Source of the DNA: Thecamonas trahens ATCC 50062
Lineage: Eukaryota; Protista; Apusomonadida
Direction of reading: 5' to 3'
Assembly (NCBI RefSeq): GCF_000142905.1
Contig: NW_013657661.1
Span: 248,001-312,000 of the forward strand
DNA: 64,000 nt
The stretch's first letter is position 1, and every line of letters begins with the position of its first letter. The notes below the pieces were generated by a model that did no database searches, was not told where the DNA came from, and was given only the letters and a program-made list of their open reading frames with translations. Of this stretch, positions 54,543 to 64,000 are shown piece by piece. A program made the translations under genes and the position numbers.

Positions 54543-55575
54543 GGACGTCGCGGAGGTAGTTGTAGACGGCAAACTGGATGGCGGCGCCTGGGAGGCAGCG
54601 AATGGCATTGACGCCCATGCCGTTGGTAAAGGCCTTTGCACCCTCGTGCTTGGCGATGTGGCGGATGCAGGCCATAGTCGACGGGTACAGCGGCTGGGCG
54701 CCGCCCATGCCCGACAGCTGCATGCGCCGACGAACGACGTCGCCTGGAAAGGTGACCGACTGGGCAATGAGGCCTGCGCCAGCGCCACAGAGCAGATTGC
54801 CGACGACCGAGGCCGAGCCGGGGCCTGCGTCGAGCCACGACTTGAGCTGGCCAAAGATGCCCATCTGCAGGCCGACGTACGGGGTAGCGGAGACGATGGT
54901 AGGGAGGAAGCCCTTGTAGAGAGCAGCGAAGCCCTCTGAGCGAATGGTCTCTGTAGCGCAGTGGACGATTCCCTTGTAGTGGCCGAGCGAGGCCGGCATG
55001 GTGAGGCGGGCGCGGACAGTGTCGATGGGATGGGTGATCGAGGTCTGGACGAGGCCAGCGAGCGAGCCCGAGGCGACGAGGGTGGCGAACGAGGGCTTTG
55101 AGCCATCTGTAGGGCTGAACATGGCCTTGAACTCGTCATTGAGGGTAAACTTGAGCGCGTAGACGGGAATGACTCTCACCACGTTGGCGCCGTTGCCGCG
55201 GAACAGCCCGCGCACGCCCTCCTCACGAAAGAGACGGACCAGAGTGGGGATGACCCCGTCGTACATGGCAGGAGCCGCCGCCCCCGCCCGAGCCCCTGCC
55301 GCCGCCCCCGCCGCAGAAGTAGTCCCAGCCTCAGCCCCAGCCGCCGCCGTAAGCCCGGCCGTAGCCCCAGCTCCCGCCACCCGGGCCATGCCCTGGACCT
55401 GGAAGATGATCTTGACCCGCTCGAGCGGGGCGACACAGGTCTTGGTCACGGCGCCTGCGCCTGCACCGGCCAGCAGCAGGCGCAAGGCAGTTTCTGAAGC
55501 ACTCATAACCTCTTTCTTCTCTACCTCATCATTGCTAGCTACAAGCGGAATAGCCTGTGGCGGAGGGGTAGCCAT
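54523..55575 (-). CDS. Mitochondrial carrier family protein (SLC25; CoA/adenine-nucleotide carrier-like)
   Basis: Three carrier repeats with PX[DE]XX[KR] signatures: APLERVK, HPIDTVR, FPGDVVRRRMQ. Also GLFRGNGANVVRVIP. Confidence 0.95.
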   Translation of the reverse strand: MATPPPQAIPLVASNDEVEKKEVMSASETALRLLLAGAGAGAVTKTCVAPLERVKIIFQVQGMARVAGAGATAGLTAAAGAEAGTTSAAGAAAGARAGAAAPAMYDGVIPTLVRLFREEGVRGLFRGNGANVVRVIPVYALKFTLNDEFKAMFSPTDGSKPSFATLVASGSLAGLVQTSITHPIDTVRARLTMPASLGHYKGIVHCATETIRSEGFAALYKGFLPTIVSATPYVGLQMGIFGQLKSWLDAGPGSASVVGNLLCGAGAGLIAQSVTFPGDVVRRRMQLSGMGGAQPLYPSTMACIRHIAKHEGAKAFTNGMGVNAIRCLPGAAIQFAVYNYLRDVLNIQPH

Positions 55576-55998
55576 CCACACACCCCACGCAGCGTGTGTG
55601 TTGTGACGCAAGAGCAGCGTGGCCCGCTCTCCGCTCAACACCCGCCCAAAGAGACCTTTGTTTTTGGCTCGGCAGTGCTGCCGCTTTCCCGCTGCCGCAC
55701 AGAGCACGGCTTCCTCGCTCGGCAGCTTCCAATCGAAAGCTGCGATCACACCGTGAAGCGTCGTTTCTTCTCCTTCTACACCCTTTCCCCTCCCCCCTCC
55801 CCCCCCTCCCTTTCCTTCCCCTGATCCCGTTCTCCCCCGGCTGCCTCCCTCTGTCTGTGTGCGCAACAGTGGCACGTGCGATATGCGACCGATGACACTT
55901 TATTGGTGTGACAATGGTCATCATAGATGATCATCATATCTCCTTGCCCAGTTGTTGCGCTCCTGCATCCACCAACCACTTTGCAACGCTCAGGATTC

Positions 55999-56098
55999 NN
56001 NNNNNNNNNNNNNNNNNNNNNNNNNNNNNNNNNNNNNNNNNNNNNNNNNNNNNNNNNNNNNNNNNNNNNNNNNNNNNNNNNNNNNNNNNNNNNNNNNN
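55999..56098. other. Assembly gap (N run)
   Basis: About 100 N. Confidence 0.99.
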
Positions 56099-56385
56099 TT
56101 GCCTTCGCCCTCCCCTCCGCAGCCTTACCCCCCGCCTCGCCCTGGTGCACACCTGGCCCATACGTTGCTACACCCGTTTTGCCCAATTTCTCCCAATTTC
56201 ACCCAAATGGCCCCATTTCGCCCCTCCGGCCCATTTCGCCCCTCCGGCCCATTCCGCCCGTCTGTCTGTTCCCCATTCGCTCGTCCGTTTCGCTCGTCCG
56301 TTTCGCTCCCACGTTGCTGCCTCCCTGGCCACCCCGTCGGCGGGTCTCGCCAGGCCACAGCTGACTTGCAAGAGAGCAAAGCGGG

Positions 56386-59015
56386 ATGGCAGCAACGCGA
56401 GAGGTGCTGTCGCGTGATGTGCTCAAGTGGCTCCAGTCGCTCGACCTCACGTACCCAGTCAAGAACCTCCGCCGTGCCTTCTCCAACGGCTTCCTCGTCG
56501 CCGAGGTCCTTTCCCACTACTCCAACGATATCCAGATGCACGCCTTTGATAACGGGACGGCGCTCAAGCGCAAGCTGGCAAACTGGGAGATGCTGTCCAA
56601 GGTATGCGCCAGACTCTCCTCCATCCCTTCCTTCCTCCCTCCCCCCCCCCCCCCCCCCTTGTCCTACCTCACTCACTCACTCAATCCTCCTCGCAGTTCT
56701 TCCGCAAGCACAACATCCCCGTCAGTCAGTCGCAGATCGAGGGCCTGGTCCATGCCAAGCGTGGTGCGGCGGTGCCGTTTATTGAGTTTCTGTACACCTT
56801 TCTCACTCGCAAGCCTGTCAAGAAGCGCAAGCGCCGTGGTGCGCCGGCCCTGGCCGGTGCAGAGGGTGCGCCGACGCCCGACTTTGCCAAGCCGACGGCG
56901 TCCAAGCTGATCAAGGAGGCGCTGACTATGACCGAGGACGAGCTGGTGCAGGATCGCGAAGTCCGTGCCGCCATTAACCAGGAGACCATTCGTCACCACC
57001 TCGAGGAGAAGCGCGAGCACATGCGGATGACCAAGACGTCTGGCCGCGGCGGCGCGGGTGAGTCCATCTCGCGGCGCGGAACGTCGTCGATGCGCGGCTC
57101 GTCCGGCCGGCGCCGGGAGAGCGGCGGTCGCCGCTCGGGCGTGGTGGAGATCAAGGAAGTGAGTCGGAGCAAGGACGGGCGGGTCGGGCGTGGTGGCGGC
57201 GGTGCCGCCGACGGCGGCGACACCTCGCGGGCCGACTACGATGCCATGGACGGCGCGCTCCTCGACGACAACGAGATGGCGCATCTGGAGCTGCTCGGTG
57301 ATGAGAGCGACGGCGCGGGCCTAGGCGTCACTGGCGGGCACTCGGTCGTGGCCATGATGAACGAGGAGGTTGAGCGCGCACTCAAAGACACCGAGGTGTA
57401 CACTGTGTTTGAGCCGCGCGATGCGCCGATCTCGTCGTTCCTCGAGCACCTGCGGACTATTCCGGCCAATGCCGCCGGTGCCGTCTTTCTGGGCATTCTC
57501 GAGCGGACTACCGAGTTTACCGAGGTCTTCCTCCGCGAGTCGTCGGTTCCGGTCGACGAAATGCTCGGCCGCGAGAGTGGGCACGAGCGCGGCGGCGGCG
57601 GTCAGTTTGCGGCCTTTTCCCGGGTCATGCTCTCCGCGCTGCAATTCTCGCCGGCGTTGTCGGCGTTCGAGCATGCATGCCACGTCATGTGCAGCGTCGG
57701 CCAGCAGCTGGTCGCGGTCTCGCCGGCTGCAGCCTGGGCGCTGTTTGAGGACGCGGTTCTGCCCAAGCTGGTGGCCCGGCTGGCGTCGGTCCAGGCTGCG
57801 CGCGGCCTGCTGCTCAAGGTTGTGCTCTCGTTCTCGGACAATACGCCGGCGGCGCACTTGCTGGTCATCACCAAGATGGTTGAGTACCGTGGCGTGCTGT
57901 CCAAGAAGAACGCACTTGTCCCGTGCCTGCTCGTCCTCTTCCGGATGGAGCCGGCATTCGACGGCCCGCTCCTCACCACCTATGTCCAGCACGCCGACGC
58001 CGGGCTCACAAACACGGTTCCGTCGGTCCGGATCGCCGCCCTCGCGCTCCTCACCCACGTCTGCACCTCGTCGTCGGTCCAGCGGTCGATTGCTAACGGC
58101 CTCCTGGCCTCGTCGGCCGTCTTTGACTACGTTCTTCCGTACGTCGAGCATATGGCCGGCATCGCCGCCGACGCCAACTGGCAGGTCCAGGCGCAGCTCC
58201 TCTGCCTCACCGGCTTTCTGCTTGAGCGGCTTCCGTCGCGGCACCCGTCGGAGCGCGGCATCTACGCGCTGGTCGAGGACGTGCTCGCGCCGAGCTCGCC
58301 CATCTCTGTCAAGAAGATTGGTTTGGCTACGCTCGCCCCGTGTCTTCGGGCGCACCCCTCACTCGGCCTCCACTACGTCCTCGTTCTTCTCTCGCTCCCG
58401 CACCCGCTCCGCGACTCGCTCATCCGGGCCGAGGCGGTCCCGTTTGTCGTCGCCTCGCATAGTCTTTGCGTCCAAGACTACACACTCCCGCCGCCAGTCC
58501 ACACCTGGAGCCCGCTGGTCATCGCCAACGCCATCGTACTCCTCACCCAGGAGCGTGGCCTCGACAACCTCGAGCGCGAGCACATGGCTGTTCTCCGCGC
58601 CGCCGTTCGGACCGAGGCCCGCTCGCTCGATTCGAGCGCGGTCTCCGAGTGGTCGCGCGTCTGGTCCGTCCTTCACGAGTACGTCTTTGTCGGCCTCTGC
58701 GATGACGAGGTTTGCGGCGAGACCGTCGGCGTTCTTCAGGAGCTCTTCCTCCTCGTCCCGGGCCTCATTATGGACTCGCTCACGACCCACCGGCCGACGC
58801 TCATCGGCTGCCTCCGCATGCTCATCCGCATGGGCTCGCTCACCTCGCAGCAGATGACTGCCGACTGGCTGGCCTCACTCTTCAACCAGGGCGGCTCATG
58901 GCAGCAAGTCGTCGGCCAGCTCATGCTCTCGTCGTCGCCGTCCGAGGTTGGCCGCCAGGGCGCGCCGCTCCAGCGGCTGCAGGCCATGGTCCAGCAGTTT
59001 GCGCAGTCGCAGTAA
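56386..59015 (+). CDS. SPATA4: SPATA4/SPEF1-type calponin-homology (CH_2) protein with long helical C-terminal extension; exons 56386-56601 and 56697-59015
   Basis: [14 protein letters not shown]...[10 protein letters not shown]...[14 protein letters not shown]|FFRK resembles SPATA4. GTATGC...CAG intron 56602-56696. Confidence 0.82.
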
Positions 59016-59053
59016 AACCGCATGCAAGGAGGCGGTCGATTCAATGCTCCTCG

Positions 59054-60129
59054 TCACCAGCCCGAAAAGCAGGCGATGGCGTCGGCGAGTTGCGGCTCGG
59101 TCCACCCGCCCGCAACAATGTCGTGCTCCACGGTGATCGGTGGGCGCTCCAGCAAGTCCAGCGGGGAGAGCCTGGCCATGAGCGCCGAGAGCGCGTTGAC
59201 CATTTGGCCGCGCATGACCTGCATCTGGTGCTCAAACGACTCGTCGTCGTACGAGGTGTCGAGCTCAAAGACGTCGCGCAGCGCAGCCGCAGTCGAGTCC
59301 CACTTCATGTTGTCGTGGAGGATCGGCTCGAGTTCGGCGGCAAGCGTGTCCGAGAACGGAAGGGCAGCCTGCGGAAGAGAGGCCCAGGCGTAGGGATATG
59401 TCCGGCACCCGTTAGGGTGCTTGAAAGGAAATGCGAGGCCGTTGTCGATGGCGGCGATGGCGACACGCGGCGCGTCCGACATGGCGTCGTCGACGCGGAC
59501 AAGCCAGTTGTCGGTTCCGCGATCGGTGTTCCGGATGATGTAGTCGAGGATAACCAGCCGCTCAAACTGGGCCTGGAAGGCACGCGCGAGCGGGGAGGTC
59601 GGATCGGCGAGGGCCTCGGCGTGGGTGTCGAGAAAGGTCTGCGCATCGACGTAGCCGTTGACAAACAGCTGGAATGAGCCGATCTTGGGTGAGAGCGAGA
59701 GCGGCTGGCGGATGCCGTTCTCGTACTGCTGGCCATAGTTGAAGACCGGCGAGGCGAGCATGACGAGGTTGGTCGGCGGGACGATGTCGAGGCCCAGCGC
59801 CTCGTCCACCACAAACGCCGCAGCCTCCGAGACAAAGCCCTGGTTGGCAATGAGGCACGCCCGCCCGAAACAGCAAGGAGCGAGCGTCTTGTGCAGCCAC
59901 TTCATCCACTTGGGGTTTCGGTCGCCGTACGGCTCCTCGTCCTTGGCTTGAAGATGGCCCGAATGGTGTTGCTGGCGTCGCGGACAAAGTACGAGCCTGA
60001 CGAGCCCTGCGAGACCCTGGTCGGCTGGACGCCGCTGGCAATGCCGGCGCGGACTGTGGAGAGCGCCACAACCACGTCCGGATGGACTGGCTGGATCGAG
60101 TCATCTACTGCATACCGCATTGGTGACAT
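59054..60129 (-). CDS. PI4K2: Phosphatidylinositol 4-kinase type II (apparent frameshift ~59945)
   Basis: QGSSGSYF, FKP(K)DEEPYG, CCFGRACLI.NQGFVSEA, KIGSFQLFV, LDYIIRNTDRG.DNWL, AAIDNGLAFP.KHP. Confidence 0.96.
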
Positions 60130-60602
60130 CAATGGTGCCGAGTGTCGCGCCCCATTTCAAAGCTGTCAGCCGCCGCGTTGATGGAGAGGCTCGGAGGAAG
60201 GGCTGCGTTAATGGAGAGGCCCGCCGGGTGGGCGACCACGTCATGGAGCGACTCGCTCGACGTGGCCTGCTCACGCCCTGGCACTTCTGCCATGTGTGTG
60301 TGTGTGTGTAGAGTGCAGGAGGGCCCTGGTTGCTTGCGTGTGTGTGCAGGGGCGTGAGGGTGGGGTGGAGTGGAGGGTTGCGGGAGTGAGGTCTGCCGCT
60401 TGCGTCTTACGTAGGCCGCGGCGAATGACTGTGGCTGTCACATGTGATGGCCCGCGCGGGTGCGATCGATCAGGCGGCGGGTGGGAGGAAAAGGTCTTGT
60501 GGTGTTTGGGCGCCAAGCCCGAGGGGAGAGGGAGAGCAGGCGAGGTCCACGGGTATACGGAGCATAGCACTGCACTTTCGGAGAACCAGAGTCAGGGAGA
60601 GC

Positions 60603-61142
60603 ATGTCGCAAACAGGAGCCATCATGCCTCAAGGTGGAAGTGGCAAGGGTGGCGGTGTGCAGGCTGCGTGGACGTCGACGTCGTCGTCGTCCGACGAGAA
60701 GGAGAATGCCGGCCTGGCTGGCAGTGCGGGCCTCGGCCGGCCGTCCAAGCGAAAGCGGCTGCTGGAGCCTGTGGAAGGGAGCAAACAGGGTCAGATAGGT
60801 GGCGCAAGCAGCAGAGACTCTCACTCGGCCGAAAGTCTGCCCGCTGTCACCACCGCCTTTGCCATCTACGCCGACGAGGTCCCCCGCCCGCCCGCGGCGG
60901 TAGATTCGTTGGAAGCGCGCGGAGGGAGCCAGCCAGCCAGCGACGGCGACCACGAGCTGGCGTACAAAGTCCTGGTGCTGGAGCAGGAGGTTGCCGCACT
61001 GCGCCGAGCGCTGGCCAGTGCCAATGCGGCGGCTCGGGATGCTGACCGTGTCCGCGCCGAGCGCGACGAGCTTGCTGTGCTGGCGAGCCAGCAAGCGCTG
61101 ATGCTGGCGTGCGTGCGTGCGGCTGACGAGGGTGGTGCGTGA
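60603..61142 (+). CDS. Small coiled-coil protein with KEN box and ABBA-like motif (candidate geminin-like)
   Basis: EKENAG...SAGLGRPSKRKRLL, FAIYADE, then a heptad region ending RVRAERDELAVLASQQALM. Start codon uncertain (60603 or 60624). Confidence 0.6.
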   Translation: MSQTGAIMPQGGSGKGGGVQAAWTSTSSSSDEKENAGLAGSAGLGRPSKRKRLLEPVEGSKQGQIGGASSRDSHSAESLPAVTTAFAIYADEVPRPPAAVDSLEARGGSQPASDGDHELAYKVLVLEQEVAALRRALASANAAARDADRVRAERDELAVLASQQALMLACVRAADEGGA

Positions 61143-61198
61143 CCAGTGTGCAGAGTGCGCAGGCAGTGCTTCATTGCAGGCATTATGCGCAGCTTACC

Positions 61199-62547
61199 TC
61201 AGTCGGCGGCGTCGGCAACGAGCTGGCGGAGATGAGCAACGTAGGCGATGCCGAGGCCAGCGTCGTCAAGGGCGCGCGCACGGGCCAGCTCGTCGTCGGG
61301 ATCGGCGTCGAGCGAGGCGAGGGTGGCAGCAATGCGCCTGGTGGTGATGCCGAGCGCAGCATCAACAACCGACCGTGTAGAGCCAAAGGTCGATGAGAGC
61401 ACGCCGGCGATGGCGGCGGCGCGCTCGTCCTGGACGGCGTCGTCCAACGAGTAAAGGGTGACAGCCAGTTCCGGGAGGTCCGAGGCCATGACAAAGAAAA
61501 CCAGCTCCTGCCAGGCAATGGCCTCGGCGAGTGGGAGGATGGGAATGGTGTAGCCGCGGTGGACGACGACCGGAACGGCGCCAGCGGCCATGACTCGGAA
61601 GAGCTGCTCCGGGCCGGCGTTGGTGAGCACGTCGAGGACGACGTACTTGGATGCACGATAGAGCGCGCGCTCGGCCTCCGCGTCGACGGTGCACTCGTCG
61701 CAGCGGACGACGTACGGCGGATCGTGGTCGATCTCGGGCAAGACATCGCGGGGACCGACGACTGCGAGCAAGTGACTCCGCTCCGAGGCCGAGAGCACGG
61801 CCGGCGCATCGGGCTCGGCATAAGCCGCAACCTCGGCCACGGCGCCTGACGACGGAATGACCAGGTCGTGGTGGTACCAGTAGCAGCGCTCGTCGGCAGC
61901 GCGGGCCCAGCGGACGGCACGGCCGGCCGGGTAAGCATCGCACGGCGGCGAGAGCGCGTCGAGCACAAGGTGGTTGCCGCCGTCGGCCCCCAAGTTGGAA
62001 GCTCTGGAAGCTTGGTCCCTGCGCCTGGTGCCGACGAGTCGAGGCCCGGGACAATGAGGCAGGCGGCGTCTGGGGCGTCGACTGCGCGGGTCGCGTTGGA
62101 CGCTGCGAGCGCGTGGACCACCGCATCGTAGTCGAAGAAGGCGGCGCCGGCAAGCGGGACCGGAACCGAGGCGCGCGGCTCGGCTGAAGGCACGACGTGG
62201 ACGGTGATACGGCCGTCTCGGGCTGCGCTGCAGCCCGGTCTTGCCACCGAGAAGCAGCGATTGCCTGCGCAGGGGACATGATCGCGGAGGATGCGCGGAT
62301 GGACGACGCCAGTAGACTCGTCGAACCGCATCGGCTTGACCTCTTCTGGTGCAACAGCAATAGATAGCTGGAAGCCCGGCTCTGCGGTCTTCCACACGCC
62401 TAGCGAGATGGCGATGGCCAGGAACAGCGCCCAGCCGAACCACCAGGTGATGCACCGCACGTCGTCGGAGGACAGTCGCCAGGCTCCGGGCGCTCCGGGA
62501 GTCCCAGGCGGCGGCGGCGGCTGGCTCTCTGTTGGGCCGTCAGCCAT
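61199..62547 (-). CDS. Exostosin-like GT47 glycosyltransferase, type II membrane protein (apparent frameshift ~61989)
   Basis: N-terminal TM WWFGWALFLAIAISLGVW, then PDAACLIVPGLD...LPTW(G)ADGGNHLV and LFRVMAAGAVPVVV...LPLAEAIAW, resembling the EXT1/EXT2 GT47 domain. Confidence 0.75.
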
Positions 62548-63074
62548 GTCACCCCTGTGTGTGTGTCTGTCTGTGTTGTTGGGTGTTTCACAGTGTGCAG
62601 TGCGAGTGGTGGTGGCCTGGGCAAGGGAGGGGGGGGGGGTATGGGGGGTGGATCGGGGTGTGGTGGTGATCAGGCGAGGGAGTGATCGATCGCCGCGGTG
62701 ATCAAACACCACACAGTTGGGCTACAGAAGAGCTGAGAAATGATGATGGATGTAGAGGCTGGTGGGTGGGGCTTGTGATCAGGAGCCCATTGGTATGGCG
62801 ATGGATGATGGGAGTGGCATGGGGATGGGTGCGGGGTGGATGGACGTGATGATGATGGCGAAGACCTTCCATCGGTGACGAACGGGAGGGGTTGCCGGGT
62901 TGGGGCAATGGGCTGGCTGGTGCCCCCAAACGGGGAGCGCTCGATGGCAACAAAACCGGGGCCATGGACAGGTCGACGTCACATCTTTGCTGAAGACACA
63001 CAAACATACAAGCACACGCACAACACAAGTTGTGAGCTACACTCGATCTTAAGCAGAGGAACAAGAACAAGAAG

Positions 63075-63650
63075 ATGAACAAGTCAATCAAGCTGGTTAC
63101 TGTTGGCGATGGGGCTGTGGGCAAGACCTCGCTCCTGATGTCGTACTCGAGCAACGCGTACTCGGAGGACTACCTGCCGACGATCTTTGATAACTACTCG
63201 GTGACGGTGATGGCTGGCGGCAAGCCTGTCTTCCTCGGCCTGTGGGACACGGCTGGGCAGGAGGACTACGATCGGCTCCGCCCGCTCTCGTACCCGCAGA
63301 CCGACGTCTTCCTCGTCTGCTTCTCGCTCATTTCGCACGCTTCGCTCGCCAACGTCCGCGAGAAGTGGATTCCCGAGATCCGCCACCACTGCCCGCACGT
63401 CCCGATTGTGCTCGCAGGGACCAAGTCTGATCTGCGCGCCGACAAGGCGACACTGGAGGGTCTGCGTGGCCGCGGCGAGACGCCGGTCACCTACGAGCAG
63501 GGCGTCCGCGCCGCGCGCGAGATCGGCGCCACCTATGTCGAGTGTTCGGCCAAGGAGGCCAAGGGCATCAAGAGCGTCTTTGACCAGGCCGTTAACCTCG
63601 CCCTTGCGCCGCCGTCGATGGCCAAGAAGAAGAAGTGCGCCATTCTCTAG
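63075..63650 (+). CDS. RAC: Rac-like Rho family small GTPase
   Basis: [52 protein letters not shown], polybasic KKKK and CaaX CAIL. Confidence 0.96.
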   Translation: MNKSIKLVTVGDGAVGKTSLLMSYSSNAYSEDYLPTIFDNYSVTVMAGGKPVFLGLWDTAGQEDYDRLRPLSYPQTDVFLVCFSLISHASLANVREKWIPEIRHHCPHVPIVLAGTKSDLRADKATLEGLRGRGETPVTYEQGVRAAREIGATYVECSAKEAKGIKSVFDQAVNLALAPPSMAKKKKCAIL

Positions 63651-64000
63651 CTTCATCCACCTGCAAGCCCGAGGCCGCTTCTTGGACCGGCACTGCAGCC
63701 GGCCATCGGGAATTGGAGGCTCCGAGGGCAAGACCAACACCAACACAATGAACCTTCACATCACATGATCACAGATGTGGAACATACGATACCACCGCCG
63801 CCGCCGCCACTCCGTACAGCCCCAGCGAATGCTCAGCTGCGCAACTGCAACATGGGTGCCACTGGGCTGGCGAGCTGTGTGATCGGTGGCTCGGATGTGG
63901 CCAATGACAGCGATTGGCCCTGCCTGTGCCACACGTGGTGGTGTCAGGCCGCGCACGCGCACTCTCATCACCGCACCACTGCTCCACACCGAGTCACACC

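Noticed and set aside
56207-56310. Short direct repeats (GGCCCATTTCGCCCCTCC x2-3; TTCGCTCGTCCGT x2-3) next to a gap
   Set aside because: They are only 2-3 tandem copies with no spacers, terminal inverted repeats or transposase, so they are a minisatellite.
59930-59960. Ultra-short introns as the explanation for the frameshifts
   Set aside because: Conserved motifs such as FKPKDEEPY are one base short rather than carrying extra sequence, and there is no suitable GT-AG pair.
8438-63650. RhoGEF, vinculin-like gene and Rac as a functional cytoskeletal cluster
   Set aside because: They are spread over 55 kb among unrelated genes and belong to large families, so chance co-occurrence is likely.

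Overview
GC-rich, gene-dense, intron-poor eukaryotic nuclear DNA from a draft assembly with four N gaps. The gene content (vinculin-family protein, COMMD10, INPP4, ciliary SPATA4/FAM227) suggests a flagellated protist near the opisthokont/apusomonad lineage, possibly Thecamonas-like; this is an inference and not verified. I find about 25 protein-coding genes, largely alternating in strand, with very tight convergent ends and single 5'-proximal GT-AG introns in seven of them. Recognisable genes: RhoGEF, BTB protein, ABCC transporter, metallophosphoesterase, DnaJ-A, COMMD10, anoctamin, FAM227, Mic10, INPP4, myotubularin, AMP deaminase, Arc1p/AIMP1-like protein, mitochondrial carrier, SPATA4, PI4K type II, exostosin-like GT47 and a Rac GTPase. 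The most unusual items are: (1) a 13-TM receptor-like protein with five repeated 8-Cys extracellular modules fused to a cytosolic RBR E3 ligase and a UBA-like domain; (2) an NLR-like pseudo-CHAT/NACHT/ankyrin protein; (3) a CAP-LIM-vinculin fusion; (4) a candidate geminin-like KEN/ABBA coiled-coil protein; (5) a head-to-head INPP4/myotubularin pair; (6) a ZZ plus SEC-C mini-protein; and (7) 11 frameshifts in conserved genes that all need +1 nt, most likely homopolymer sequencing errors. I saw no rRNA, tRNA, CRISPR array or transposon. All domain calls are from motif recognition by eye; no searches were run.
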